A DNA stretch of 62,962 bases, filler included, from Phoronis australis (lineage: Eukaryota > Animalia > Phoronida), in assembly GCA_002633005.1 (NCBI GenBank). It is 7 parts of 7 records of this genome, joined end to end, with 100 filler letters (N's around TTAATTAATTAA, not from the genome) between each part and the next. Parts side by side here need not be neighbours in the genome. Positions count along the whole stretch, not along the records: positions 18,837 to 48,875 come from NMRA01000423.1; positions 48,976 to 52,489 come from NMRA01002977.1; 5 more parts are not named here. One strand, given 5' to 3'. The notes beneath the pieces were generated by a model that was given only the letters and a program-made list of their open reading frames with translations, did no database searches and had not been told where the DNA came from. A program made the translations under genes and the position numbers. This document shows positions 39,900 through 51,596 of this stretch, in pieces (within the stretch, counting starts at the first letter, position 1; each line of letters begins with the position of its first letter).

Positions 39900-42800
39900 C
39901 AAATGAATTGGACACTGGCTCTCAACATCAGTCTAGCAGCAGCCTTCATGCAGTTCCTGATTGGCGACGAAACGGTTTCATTAGGGTATTCATATGTTTC
40001 TGTTGCTCAGTGACCACGTGTAATACATTACAGCAGATAAAATCGAATGTAAACGTCTTTTAGTTAATAGCCCAAGTAACTGAGCTGACGGTCAACTGAG
40101 TAGACCTGAAGCCATTAGCGGTCTCTGATATGTGTAGGACTAAGATCCAATTGTGAGCAATTTTACCTGGAATTTGACGCTCTCCACATCATTTACAAAT
40201 GTGCGACCTTTGGTATAAAAATATTGCCTCAGGAACTCCGGGAATTTTAAAAGAATCTCTTAAACACTGTCGGTCACTTTAACTGACACCAATTAAGATA
40301 TACTTTTAAATCTCACCGCTACCTGGTGGTAGAACTAAAAATACATTTAATAATAGCTGGTCCGTCTTGATGAATATAGTTTTAATTACTAGCCAATTGA
40401 TGAATTTGAATTTCCAAGCTGTTTCATCTGAAGGACCTGAGTATGGGACAGGTATTGAAATGTTGTTTACAAAAGTACGATCATGTAGGATTAATTTGTG
40501 AGACAAATAGTATAGGAGCGGGTTTGACAAAACTGGGCTTCAATTTCTTTTCGGCGACTGTTCCCAGGAACGCATGCAACCATCACAATCACTACACACC
40601 ACACGGTACCAATTCAATTCACAAACTTTGTCACACTCTGACCCACATAAGTCCACCAAAATTTTCGCCCCTGGCCTCCTGTCCTTCCCACAAAGTTGAA
40701 ACAACATCCAATCCAATCAACCTCATACACTGCACACTTTGGGTGAGCCAAAAGCAAATATAATTGATGTGGAGCACAAAGTCGGCGTGTTATCCATGTT
40801 GACTGAGCCATATCTAAAAGAACTAAAGTTGAAAATTGATGAACATTATGGGGGTATTCAGGCCATTTGAAGTCGCAAAGGCATCCTTTTCTTTCAGACC
40901 AACAAGAACAACATTTCGTGATTCTAGGTTTCACTCAAACATTCATCGCGAATTTGATATTTTTCCAGACGCAAACCGTTTTAATGGTACATTAGTCTAT
41001 CAGTCAAGAACTTCTTACTCTGATAACCGTGGAAGATGCGCATTCTGCCGCGGATACCAGAAATTGGATTCTTAAATAGTAGGCCGAGAAGGCTGATTTT
41101 ATTGTTTACAGGTCTATCTATTTCGCAAAATATGTAACATTTCAATTCATATAAACTACATTTTTTTTTTAGAAATTTGCAACTCAAACTGTGGAAACAA
41201 TTCAAATGGACTAGGAACTACATGAACAACTTTGAATTTTCTCGCGGTTGAGGTGGGTGCGGGAAATCGTTCTTTTTTTCTTCTACCATAAACAGGCAAG
41301 TTGTCGTTTTTAAAGTTAACAAAAATGAGGATAAAAGATTTATTCAATATTGCAAAGAACTTAACAATTTTAAAGTAAGGTTCTACAAATCCTTAACGCA
41401 GTTGTCTTTGGTTCTGCCCCAATCCTTTGAGAAATCGGAAGACTTGACGGTTGCTGAAGCGTAGGGCGTTGAGCCAGGAATCCTTATAGGAACTACAGGC
41501 CGCCAGCCTTGCTGTGCTGATCTGTCAGGTATACCAAGTAAACACTGTTGTCAATGCCACTCCCGAGTCTTATCTACATGTATACAACGCCCCAAAGATT
41601 CTTCTCATTTTCTACGTGTATAGCAAAGCGAAGTTTTCAGCAACTTGAAGAAACAGTAAGCCTGCCTAAGAAACACAATGGTGGACATCCTGTTGTCATC
41701 ACCAGCATTGTAAAACATTCACAAGGAGAAAAGTGTTGATTTAGTGCAAGTTGTCGCAGAGTTATTAAAGATGCTAAATCTCATTAAAACCGTGAATATT
41801 TAAATTTGTCCCATGCGCCACCCAGTGGAGAACTGTGTGTACAAATATAATCAGGAAAAGAAACAACTGGTAAATAAATTCCGGTTTTAAAGAAAACACC
41901 CACAACTCATACACTTAAACAATTGTAAACGTATAAAAAGCCCCACCAATTCCAAATGTTACGCAATCATTACTTGATAATGAAATAAACAAATAATAAA
42001 AACTGTGCCTTGTTTCATTAAGGTAACGATGAAATATTTCCACACTCATTTACGTAAAATAGTGTCGCAATACGAGACTTTAGCGAGATGGAAATAGTAA
42101 CTGGTTGTCGGCCTGTTTCCGGCATACTGGAGAACCCGGGATTGTTTGTAAATTAGTACTTCATTTGCATATTCACTATTTAATGAGACTGCATCTTTAA
42201 GTCTCAATTTATGGACTTGAAAAAAGTGTTTTATTTCCTCATCGGTGACTTAATGATTGTCTCACCACAAGAAATCACTTTCGGCCAATTATAGATTCAT
42301 TTGGAGTCAAGCATGTACATGCAACTAGTGCCAGCTTTCAAGTTATTTTAAAGTCAAAGGGTGTTCCAACATAAAAGCACTCTAAGTTGTATTTTGCACT
42401 GCTAAGCTGACTAAAAGCGAAAGTTGAATTGCGCCTATCTGCAAGAACGTCGAAAGTGTCAGTGACTTGAAACAAAGCTTCAGACTGTTAGGGTTTGCCC
42501 ACCCTAAAATTGCGAATTTGAAAATGACGCATTTACGCAATCCCTGTGACTTGAATTGGTGACGGAAATGGAATCTTATGCCAGAAGGTACAATTCAATT
42601 TTCGGTTATAGCCAGTTAAATCGGATGAAATCCAGCATGAAGCCGGCAAAACTTTGCCAACATCCAATTTTGTGATGTGGTTTGTGCACCCTAGATAAAA
42701 ATGACCATCTCATCATGTGAGAAAAAGATGCAGCACACTGGAGGATAAACGTATCTGGAGTAAGCATTTGGGAATGAAATCGAGCGCTGCACCATCTTAG

Positions 42801-44367
42801 GATATGAGTTGAACATTTCCATCGGGTATACTGACGCGTGGATTGTCATGCCTCTCCCGTTCAGAAATAGCTTGACACGCATGCTTACATTTCATTAAGC
42901 GTGAAACTAAAAGAATTTTTGCAAAGATAATTTCAAAGATAATAGTGATTGAAATTTTCGAGACAATTCCTGCATCGTTTTGGACAACAATGTAAAATGT
43001 GCAGATTCAACCCTTTTATAAATAAGGCTTTTCTAACTCTGGACATCTAAACTGGTATTACCTGTGAATGTGTTGAGGAAAAAGTACCGAAATATAGATA
43101 GATATAACAAAGCTATCTAGAATATCCTTTGATGAGCACAGAAATTTTGTTCTCTCTTGTATTTTTGACCCTTTCACTGCCAGTGGAAACCAAGCTAGAC
43201 TAAGAAAAATAAGGACAAAAAATGCAAAATCGGCACCTTTTATCCCAAAACAACCACTTCCCTGCCGATGCTCGACTAAAGCCAACATTAGATTCCGAAA
43301 TCAAATTTCCTACTGATTCCAAAAATGTAGTCCAAAAGTACTGTTAACCAACTATTTTTTTGCAAATCTTGCTTGTTTGAGGGCTACCTGAAATCGCGGC
43401 CAATTTCTCAGTTGGTACACAGCAATGCACAACTGCAACAGGGGGCCACCATCTTGAAGAAGAGTGCAGCTGTAGCCAAGAAAGTGGCTTTTTTTAATTC
43501 TCAGCTTGTTCACAAATACAAACAAACCAAATTCACTTGGCCTACATGCACTACCTAACTTAAAAATGCCCTTAAGCCTGTCCTAACCCTAGATTTTAAT
43601 ATTTTGGGAGTGCCACCTAAGCACGCAGGGAACTAGCGAGGACACGGGACAGCCATTAAGGTACGTCCTGCTCAATCATTCATAATACTCGACTATGTAC
43701 TTGGACCTACATGTACATGTTACTGGCTAGATCATCATTTAGGTGATCTCGAATAACATATCATTTCGGATACAGGAAATCAATGGCATTGTTGTTACAT
43801 ATGTAGGGCCTATGTATTATGACGACCACGTACATGAAGACGTTAAACTTTCGCAAGTGTGCAAACTATATCATGTTTGTTCTCGGTTTGTAAAGCATTC
43901 GATGTGCTGACAAAATGACAAACATCGGACTGAAAAATACATTTATTCGTTTCATATCACATATCCGCAATATGTACTTTGCATGAGAACACTTGAAATC
44001 AAGTAGGAATTAATCATTGTCTCAACCTTTGCTATACACGCACATGTACAAACAGCACATGAATGATACGGGAACGTCTAGTGGGACCGTAGCTATGTTG
44101 GATCGGCTTCACAAACGGCACGTCTAGAGATTGCAAACCCAGTCAGCCGGCACCTGTAAAAACATGACGTCAAAGATGAAAAGATGAGACGCAAAAATCG
44201 CTTAGTTTACCCAAGTGACGTTTTCCAAATCAGAGAAGAAATTTGGCAAGAATTCTGTCTTCTTTAGTTCTTGGCTTAATGAAAATAATAGGATGAGTAG
44301 TGAGAGGCTGGTATATGACACTCTCTGCACTTATTGTTGGTGCTCTTGTGGGAACGTCGGTATACCG

Positions 44368-44417
44368 TCAACATCGGCACCGATTTCCATAACGACGGCA
44401 CATGTTGTCATCGACAC
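44368..44417 (-). CDS. Possible terminal exon of the Cys/Pro repeat gene
   Basis: After tttgcgctag: (S)VDDNMCRRYGNRCRC*, echoing VPDDYVC of exon C. A phase-0 reading (VSMTTCAVV...EHQQ*) is also open. Minus-strand AATAAA at 43942-43947. Confidence 0.45.
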
Positions 44418-44507
44418 CTAGCGCAAATTATTATGGATGGAAAAATTGTTAAAATATCAGGCTGTAGCAAGCTTAAAGGGTGGAAAGATGCACAACTATA
44501 AATTTAC

Positions 44508-44577
44508 TTGATAATGGTGGTGGTGGACGGTGATTGCGGTCGCGGTGGTGATGGTAAGGGACCGTTGGCAATGCAAA
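44508..44577 (-). CDS. Possible penultimate exon of the Cys/Pro repeat gene (His/Pro-rich)
   Basis: ccttttgccag|FALPTVPYHHHRDRNHRPPPPLS+A|gtaaat, 70 nt, phase 0-1. The DNA resembles the Pro-linker of exon B; a shifted frame reads VCIANGPLPSPPRPQSP. Confidence 0.4.
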
Positions 44578-45227
44578 CTGGCAAAAGGCGAATAACGATT
44601 AAACTGAAAGTATGTCAAAATCATCAGGATACATTGAATGTGTATACCGTATCACCGTCTTTAATTCTCAACATTGTCGCCATGTTCCTATGAGAGGTCT
44701 TTAGATTCGACGTCGATATTGCAGTCGTTAGGCAGGGCTGATATTCATGCTTCACTTTTGTGAATTAAGCAGCACCATGCCTTTGGTCAAAAACAAGTTT
44801 TGATTTAGGTCAGTACCGTTATGGAGTTGGTCTCACGTTGTTCTATAGTCAGAATAAGTGTGCGTTTGGAGTTGGAAAAAATAGACAGTCCGTCAATTCT
44901 TCAGAACAATCTCATAACATTCGAGGTGCCTTACACGTTTGACCTAACTGAACCGACGGAGTCATGATACAATTGCAGGTATTGAAACGACTATATGTAA
45001 ATCAAGCTTGCTGACTTTGTAGACCCATGCAAGATCACGCAAGACTTCGCAGTCTAAAAGTTTCGCTTGATCGTTCTAGCTTTACTTGGAAATTCTTGCG
45101 TTCCCAGATTAAAGATGGATAAATTTTAATGTACGTCTTATGGCCTAATGATTCCTGTCACTGAGGTTTTAGTCCAGTCATTTTTAAATTGTCAGGAGTT
45201 CAATAAATGTTGTCTCCAAAAGTCTAC

Positions 45228-45383
45228 CTCTACACCTTTAAGAAACAACTTGCTCATGTCGCACACCAGTTGTCCACATTTAGTCGACAGGGTATCACGG
45301 AAGGGGTGTAATCTTTTGTCCTTATAGTAACACGGTTCTGGTAACGGCGGCAGAGTTGGAGCGCACACGTAGTCGTCCGGAAC
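45228..45383 (-). CDS. Uncharacterised Cys/Pro-rich repeat protein, repeat exon C (phase 0-0)
   Basis: ttcctcatacag|VPDDYVCAPTLPPLPEPCYYKDKRLHPFRDTLSTKCGQLVCDMSKLFLKGVE|gtagac. 156 nt. Confidence 0.88.
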
Positions 45384-46235
45384 CTGTATGAGGAAACGAA
45401 ACACATCAGTTGAATCCAAAACAAAGGGCAACTTTGAAACACAGTGGTTGTTATTGCATCGTGGGTACTTAATTCAGATTATCACATCTCATGTTCATAA
45501 CTTTTTTGCACACGCCATTCACATGTACATTCAAATGTGTGTTTTCTGCTCATTGTTGTATGGAAATTAGATATTGCTGAGGATGTTCAGAAATGTTAAT
45601 GTATAGCTACTGGCATCCTCTGCCTTTTTCAAAATCGTTAAAAGTACGTACACACGTTGTATATAAGTGGTTGCGTTCAGGAAACTTTAAATAGTAACAA
45701 CAGCGCATTACGTCCACTCACTACAGTGCATTCTTCAAAAGAGTGAAAATTTCAAAATAATCGCTTAAACTTCCACAGATCGATAGATTCTGTCAGTTTC
45801 TGCCAAAATTGAACGAGTTTCTTACCATAACAGTTTGCCACTTTAATACAAAAACTGTTTTAATAAAGAAGCATTTTTCCGCTTTTTAGCCGTCATGTCA
45901 TTTTAAAGATACACGTATGCGCCTATCAGGTAGGCCTACTCGGTATTCTAAAAGCCAAATACACCTCCGAAGTATATCAGTCTGTCTTTTACCCAAAGTA
46001 AGCAATTGAGACATTTTGATACCGGAAAATACCAAGAGAACGATATTGTATTATTAACCGCTGTTAGGGATTTGTAAACATTATGGCTACAAGTCAAATG
46101 TATAGCAACTTGGGTCAGACTTCAGAAGTCAAGAACCGAAGACAAAGTACTGAAGCCAGACCTTCTAATGTCGGAGTTAAACCTGAATGGCGAATCAGTA
46201 TATGAGACACTTTTTTGCATTGCATGGCAACTTAC

Positions 46236-46403
46236 TTCACTCCCGTCCAAATACAATTTGCCCATGTCGCAAACCAATTTCCCACAACTTGTTAGGTATG
46301 AGTCTTGAAACGGGTGCATGGTTCTGCCTTCGTAATGACACGGCGGTGATGGCGTTGGTGGCGATGGTGAAATGGTTGGCTTGCAAACGTAATTAGATGG
46401 AAC
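46236..46403 (-). CDS. Uncharacterised Cys/Pro-rich repeat protein, repeat exon B (phase 0-0)
   Basis: ttcattcag|VPSNYVCKPTISPSPPTPSPPCHYEGRTMHPFQDSYLTSCGKLVCDMGKLYLDGSE|gtaagt. 168 nt. Confidence 0.88.
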
Positions 46404-46913
46404 CTGAATGAAATAACCAAACAGTCGCGCTGAAATCCTGTATAACATACAAGGTTTGAGATCATCGTGGGAAAACTGAAAATGACACATTTTACATGCG
46501 TGCGAAAATCATGGACAGTGAAACGGGTTAAGTGTAACTTGATCCTCGAATATAATGTAGTTTTACCAGTTAACAAGCCTGTTTTTTATACACGTGTTAG
46601 AATGGAGGCCACTAAATATGGTTTGAGATAACCTTAAACGTATAGGAATTTCAATACAGGAAAGTAAAAACGCATTTTCGAATCAATTTGCTTGTTCACT
46701 CAAATAATTCTGGGAATAACCACTAGGGAAATAATGAATGCATGCTGGAAAAGAAATGGAAAAATCAGACAAAATTTGTGAGGATCCATGCCGCAGTTCT
46801 TCTTCTTCGTTTTCTTCTTTTTGGTTTAAGTGACCACACCCTCTCCAGAGTAAATTGTCACTGTGTATCAACGAATATCAACAAAAGCGAGAACAACTAC
46901 AACAGGTTTAAAA

Positions 46914-46915
<2 letters not shown>

Positions 46916-47009
<94 letters not shown>

Positions 47010-47012
47010 ATA
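46916..47012. repeat. Compound (TA)n/(TATATG)n microsatellite
   Basis: Directly visible. Confidence 0.95.
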
Positions 47013-47400
47013 TCCGTCACTTCAGAGGTCGTTTAGCGTTTAAGATAGCTAGATCGTTAACAGATAAGGCAGTCAGTAACCCGGTTCCCCAATTATGGAG
47101 GCACTCCACTATGTTACTTCAGAAAGGCAGATAGCTTGATAACAGAGATATCAAGAGATGGACCTGATATAATGCTGCCCGGCAAGCTATTCCAGTCCGC
47201 GGCTGTTCTAGGAAAGAATGTCTTATTCCTGTAATCTGTACCATTTGTTGGAATGCTATGATTGGATGACCTTCTGGTACAGATGCCCGAGACAGCAAGA
47301 TCTACGATAGGGGCAACATCAGAGTTGATGATCACCGATTTCTTATTATATTTGTAAAACATTTTCTGCCGACCGATTTTGCGTGTATTGTTGAGTTAAA
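46916..47400 (-). mobile_element. 3' fragment of a non-LTR retrotransposon (CR1/L2-group-like ORF2 tail) next to a microsatellite
   Basis: MFYKY...TRRS...TDYRNKTFFPRTAADWNSLP matches the common LINE ORF2 C-terminal SFFPRT..DWN.LP motif. Followed by a short UTR and a (TA)n/(TATATG)n tract. Lies in the intron between repeat exons A and B. Confidence 0.75.
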
Positions 47401-47910
47401 ATAGTTAACATGGTCATTGGGCATCGCAAGTTTCGGCTCAATTTTTATCCGTCTGTCTGTGTAGTCCATTCAATCTTCAGTGTCTCCATGCAGCCGGCAA
47501 ATATCAAGTCCAAAATTTGACATTGAACAAGAATTCCTTATAATTGAGCGCTTTTCTTAGTCGAGACTGACACCATTTACATACAATGTCACGCCAGAGA
47601 ATCAATATCTTTCTTTTTCACACTCGAAGATGAATTTAATGCCTAGCTAAACTCTCGTATGACAACAGAGTGGTCACGAAGTAATTCAAATAGTACACGC
47701 ATTCATATATTTCTGGACCAAAGGCACTGAAGTTGAGTCCGTTTATAAAATTTCAGTGATTTGAACTGACATCGCGGGTAATCAAGAGTGGGTTTTCTGA
47801 TTTGAATTTTTTTTTTGCACAGTTCTGGACCCGTAGCCTCCTGGTGTAGCCAAAACCAAAGTTTATAACCTGTACATGTACTGTAGTACGTAATATTCAA
47901 TTCGCCTCAC

Positions 47911-48069
47911 CTCGTTATCTGCAAGGTAGAGTTTGCCAAACTTGCAGACCACAGTGCCACACGGTGTCAGAACCTTGTCACGGAAGCGAGGCAACATCTT
48001 TCCATTGTAGTAACAGGGAAACGGATGAGGAATAGGAGGTGGTCGACAAAAGTGTTCGGGATGTTTGAT
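47911..48069 (-). CDS. Uncharacterised Cys/Pro-rich repeat protein, repeat exon A (phase 0-0)
   Basis: tgcattag|IKHPEHFCRPPPIPHPFPCYYNGKMLPRFRDKVLTPCGTVVCKFGKLYLADNE|gtgagg. 159 nt, open, homologous to the two downstream exons. Absent from the ORF track. Confidence 0.85.
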
Positions 48070-49249
48070 CTAATGCAAGAAATGAATAAGAGTTCAACAG
48101 CATGCATGAACCAGAACAATGTAACACACATTAAAGGAGCATGCCACCCAAAAACAACCTAATTTGTATGAATTTAGATCGAGTAGTTCTACTCCATATC
48201 GACACGTACGGTTGCGTTACCTGACACCTGACGGCAGACGGAGGTGTTGAAATTATCCAATGACGTCATCGATTTCACATGCAGTCTGTTAAGCAGTTCA
48301 CAACACGGGTTACTGGTGTTAGCTTGTCGCTTGAAGTCATCGTTTAACACAAATAAATCATCAAACTTCGATGTAAAACCCTTAAAATACACCGAGTTCT
48401 TATAAAAACGTGTTGCTTTATTTCGTTCTTACGGATTTATTAGTATTTGGACACACGGTAGCCTAAAAAGTTCGGCAGGCCAATAAGGTCCGTAGCAGGA
48501 GTTTGGGGTCTGTTCGGAGACAATTTCGAAGTATTTACCGAGAGATAGAGACAGGAGAACCTAGATCTGTGTTGTTTAGACTTGTGATTTTTGAGTTTTA
48601 AACACAAAACGATCGTTATCCTGCTTGGCCAGTGGCTCGGAGCCAGATCAGGCTCGTCGCGGCCGGCCGGATTGACTCGTTATAGACCGGCAGCCCAGAG
48701 CACTTAGCATAGATGAACGAGGTACCAACATCTGACCACGGGAGCATTTAAAGTCCACCTCAGTATGTACAGAAATGGACGTCTGCCGTTGTCTGAACTC
48801 TGGGTGTGACCCCTGGGGGCCTTACAAAGACCCCAAAAAATGAGCTAGACTAGATATTCGAGGTACCAACCAAAANNNNNNNNNNNNNNNNNNNNNNNNN
48901 NNNNNNNNNNNNNNNNNNNTTAATTAATTAANNNNNNNNNNNNNNNNNNNNNNNNNNNNNNNNNNNNNNNNNNNNCATTCTCATCATTACTACCAAAGAT
49001 AACATTGTCGCCCTCCTTCACGGTGTTGAAGAAGAACCGGCAGCCTTCGTACTCAGCTGGGAAGACGAACAGACATCATTGTCCAATAATTAGACAAAAA
49101 ATAGACTGCAGATTTGATCTCATGACCTTTTGCAGTGTCTGCAGAAATGAAGCATTATGTAGAGACCTTGGGTTTTCCATTCTCAACAAGAGCAACGCGG
49201 AGCGTTGAATTGCACAAATGCACTGCAAACGGCGTCCTTCTAGGGTGTT

Positions 49250-50358
49250 TATTTGTATCATAAAAATGGCCACTGGAAAAAGGTTCATCGAATCCGTCTG
49301 AAAGTTGCCATCTTCTGTTGTCAACGTCATATACCATCAAATACACTTGCTAAATTTAATAAACATTCTGCAGAGGACTTAGGAGATACAGCCATGGGCG
49401 CAAAAACAAACAAAACTGCCATTACGAGGCGCCACAGTAGTCGAAGTCGTCGGAAAATCATCGTCAACCGTCCTCTTCATAGTGAGAACAAACATGCCAA
49501 TTTTCACAATCATCCTTAAAGTGACTCAGCTGCTGGAGGGACGGACGCCAAAAAAGACTGGAAAACAGTAAACATGGCCACTAGGTGATGCAAAATACCT
49601 CGAATCCATCCGAAAACAGGAGGATAGCGTCATCTCATTAATAGATGCCTATAAGCCAAATTTCATAGAAATCCATTGAGGGCCTTTGAAGATACAGAGG
49701 TAAACGTAAAAAAATTGCCACTAGGGGGCACACCTGTTCTCCGATCTGTCTGAAAGTTGTCGTCGTCCGTTGTCAACTTCATATTAACACATTTGCTACA
49801 TTTAATAGAGATCATGTAGAGTGTTTAGGAGATACAGCCATTGGCGCAAACATAAAAAATCTGCCACTAGGAGGCACCACAGTAGTCAAAGTCGTCCGAA
49901 AATCATCGACAACCATCCTCTTCATAGTAACAACATACATGCCAATTGTCCTTAGAGTGGTTTGGTTGACAGAGGGCCGAACACCAAAAAACGGACTCGA
50001 AAATAATAAAAATGGCCACTAGACGGAGCAAAATGCCTCGAATACATCCGAAAACGGAAGGATAGCGCCACCTCATTAATAGATGCCTATGTGCCAAATT
50101 TCATGAAAATCGGTTGAGGAACTTTACGGATACAGACGTAAACGTAAAAAACTAAAATTGCCACTAGGGGGCACAGCGGTATTCGGGTCGGTCCGAAACT
50201 CGTCGCCCTCTCTCCTCAACCTCATAGAAATACCTGCCAAATTTCAATAAGATCCTGCAAGGGGTTTAGGAGATATAGCCGCGGACACCAGACGCCGGAC
50301 GCCTAGACAGAGATGACGGCAATATGCACCCACATATTTATATGTGGGTGCATAAAAA
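49250..50358 (-). mobile_element. Helentron-associated non-autonomous element (HINE/DINE-1-like) with ~440-bp internal tandem units
   Basis: Terminal hairpin TATGCACCCACATAT-tt-ATATGTGGGTGCATA (50323-50354) next to a T-run on the minus strand, then a GTCC/GTCT-like tract and ATCTCC...TGAAATTTGG core blocks. Internal repeats are offset ~440 nt. Confidence 0.6.
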
Positions 50359-51010
50359 CAAAGAAATCCATTTTAGCAAACAAATTTTTTTTTTTCATTT
50401 TCAAAACTACCAAAATTAGTTTTACTATTTGAAATTGACAAAAACTACATAAAAACAATGTTGGAACTACCATTACTGTGTAGAAATACACTGCAGCTCT
50501 GTTTCACTGATAACTTGCTGCACAACTTCTTTGTTGTTCCTCAAAACCAGAAAAGAACAGCAACATCATCAAGAGAACATGTCTACTGCAAAACAATTGT
50601 CAATCAATTTGTGGCCAGAATATGTCGAACTTAATCACTAATTATTGGAAACTAAAAACAGAAAATAGTACAACTAAGGCATCTGCTAATGAGGTATACA
50701 AAGCCCATGAATTCCCGTTTTCCTGGAAAATCAGAGTCTGTACTTTAAGTACTGTCCAACATAATTTAATACAACTGTGAAATTATAGGGAAAACAGTGA
50801 TGTTTTGGAATGTGTCAAAACACGTTTTGTGGACATCTGAAAATGAAATATGCACTACAAAACTTGCCAAGTAAGTTTAGGGAAATGATTAACTTTGACG
50901 TCATTTGCTGCATATTGCGTACATATAGACTGTTTTTGAGCAAAGGTAATTCCAAAGAATTTGAACTGTTAAAAAATACAGTCAAAAAGGAAAAGAGTAT
51001 TAATACACAC

Positions 51011-51119
51011 ATCCAGGATGGTCACAGTAGTCAACAGTGAATCCATTCAAGGGCATCATCTCAGTAGGATCGGGCTTCTTCTCACGGTAACTACACATGG
51101 CAAACATGTACTGTGACAC
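51011..51119 (-). CDS. CADPS: Calcium-dependent secretion activator (CAPS/UNC-31) PH-domain internal exon, orphan in this window
   Basis: gttgcag|[36 protein letters not shown]+T|gtgtgt closely matches the CAPS motif [34 protein letters not shown]. 109 nt, phase 0-1. Confidence 0.9.
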
Positions 51120-51204
51120 CTGCAACAGCATAAAGGGAAACTAATTGTTAATACAAAATAACATAATAAATCCAGAGGAAGACTACCAAGTCATGTGAAT
51201 AGCA

Positions 51205-51596
51205 TTCATTTAGAAATGTTTATATACTAGGACACTGAGGCATCTCATTCAACATCAAGGCGGATGAGCTTGCAGGCATCGCAGAACCAATTGCCGACCT
51301 GCTCCTCACACCAGCAGACGTAATCTCCAGAGTGCGTGAATCGCTTATATGTACAGATGCCGAGATTGTACAACAGCAGGAGAGAAGGGCAACAAAGCGC
51401 CTCATAGAGCGAGGGTGGCAATACGGAGATGCAGCAAAAAACTCGTATCAGGGGAAAAGATCGAAGAGTGTGTAACCAGCACGAACTTGGTTGCATCTCC
51501 AAATTTACATTGCGTGTGATACTGGAAGGAGGAGGGACAGAGACTATCCTGATGCCTACCCTCTGACGTCACCACAGAAACAGAAACAGAAACAGT
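51205..51596 (+). mobile_element. 5'-truncated I/Ingi/Nimb-group LINE end with RNase H C-terminus and (CAGAAA)n tail
   Basis: YILGH*GISFNIKADELAGIA resembles the RNase H PGH.G..GNE.AD.LA motif. Continues ...RLIERGWQYGDA, then after a frameshift GKDRRVCNQHELGCISKFTLRVILEGG...*, then CAGAAA repeats. Confidence 0.65.

Noticed and set aside
40720-40870. SAM-domain-like peptide GVLSMLTEPYLKELKLKI
   Set aside because: Short, closed by a stop, with no exon structure; the similarity could be chance.
46683-46871. Acidic ORF (QKEENEEEELRHG) as an extra exon of the repeat gene
   Set aside because: No clear donor, no repeat homology, and exons A and B already join in frame without it.
48131-48875. Kolobok-like left end (TTAA followed by AGGAGCATGCCACCC)
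   Set aside because: The matching right end is absent before the contig break, so TIR and TSD cannot be confirmed.
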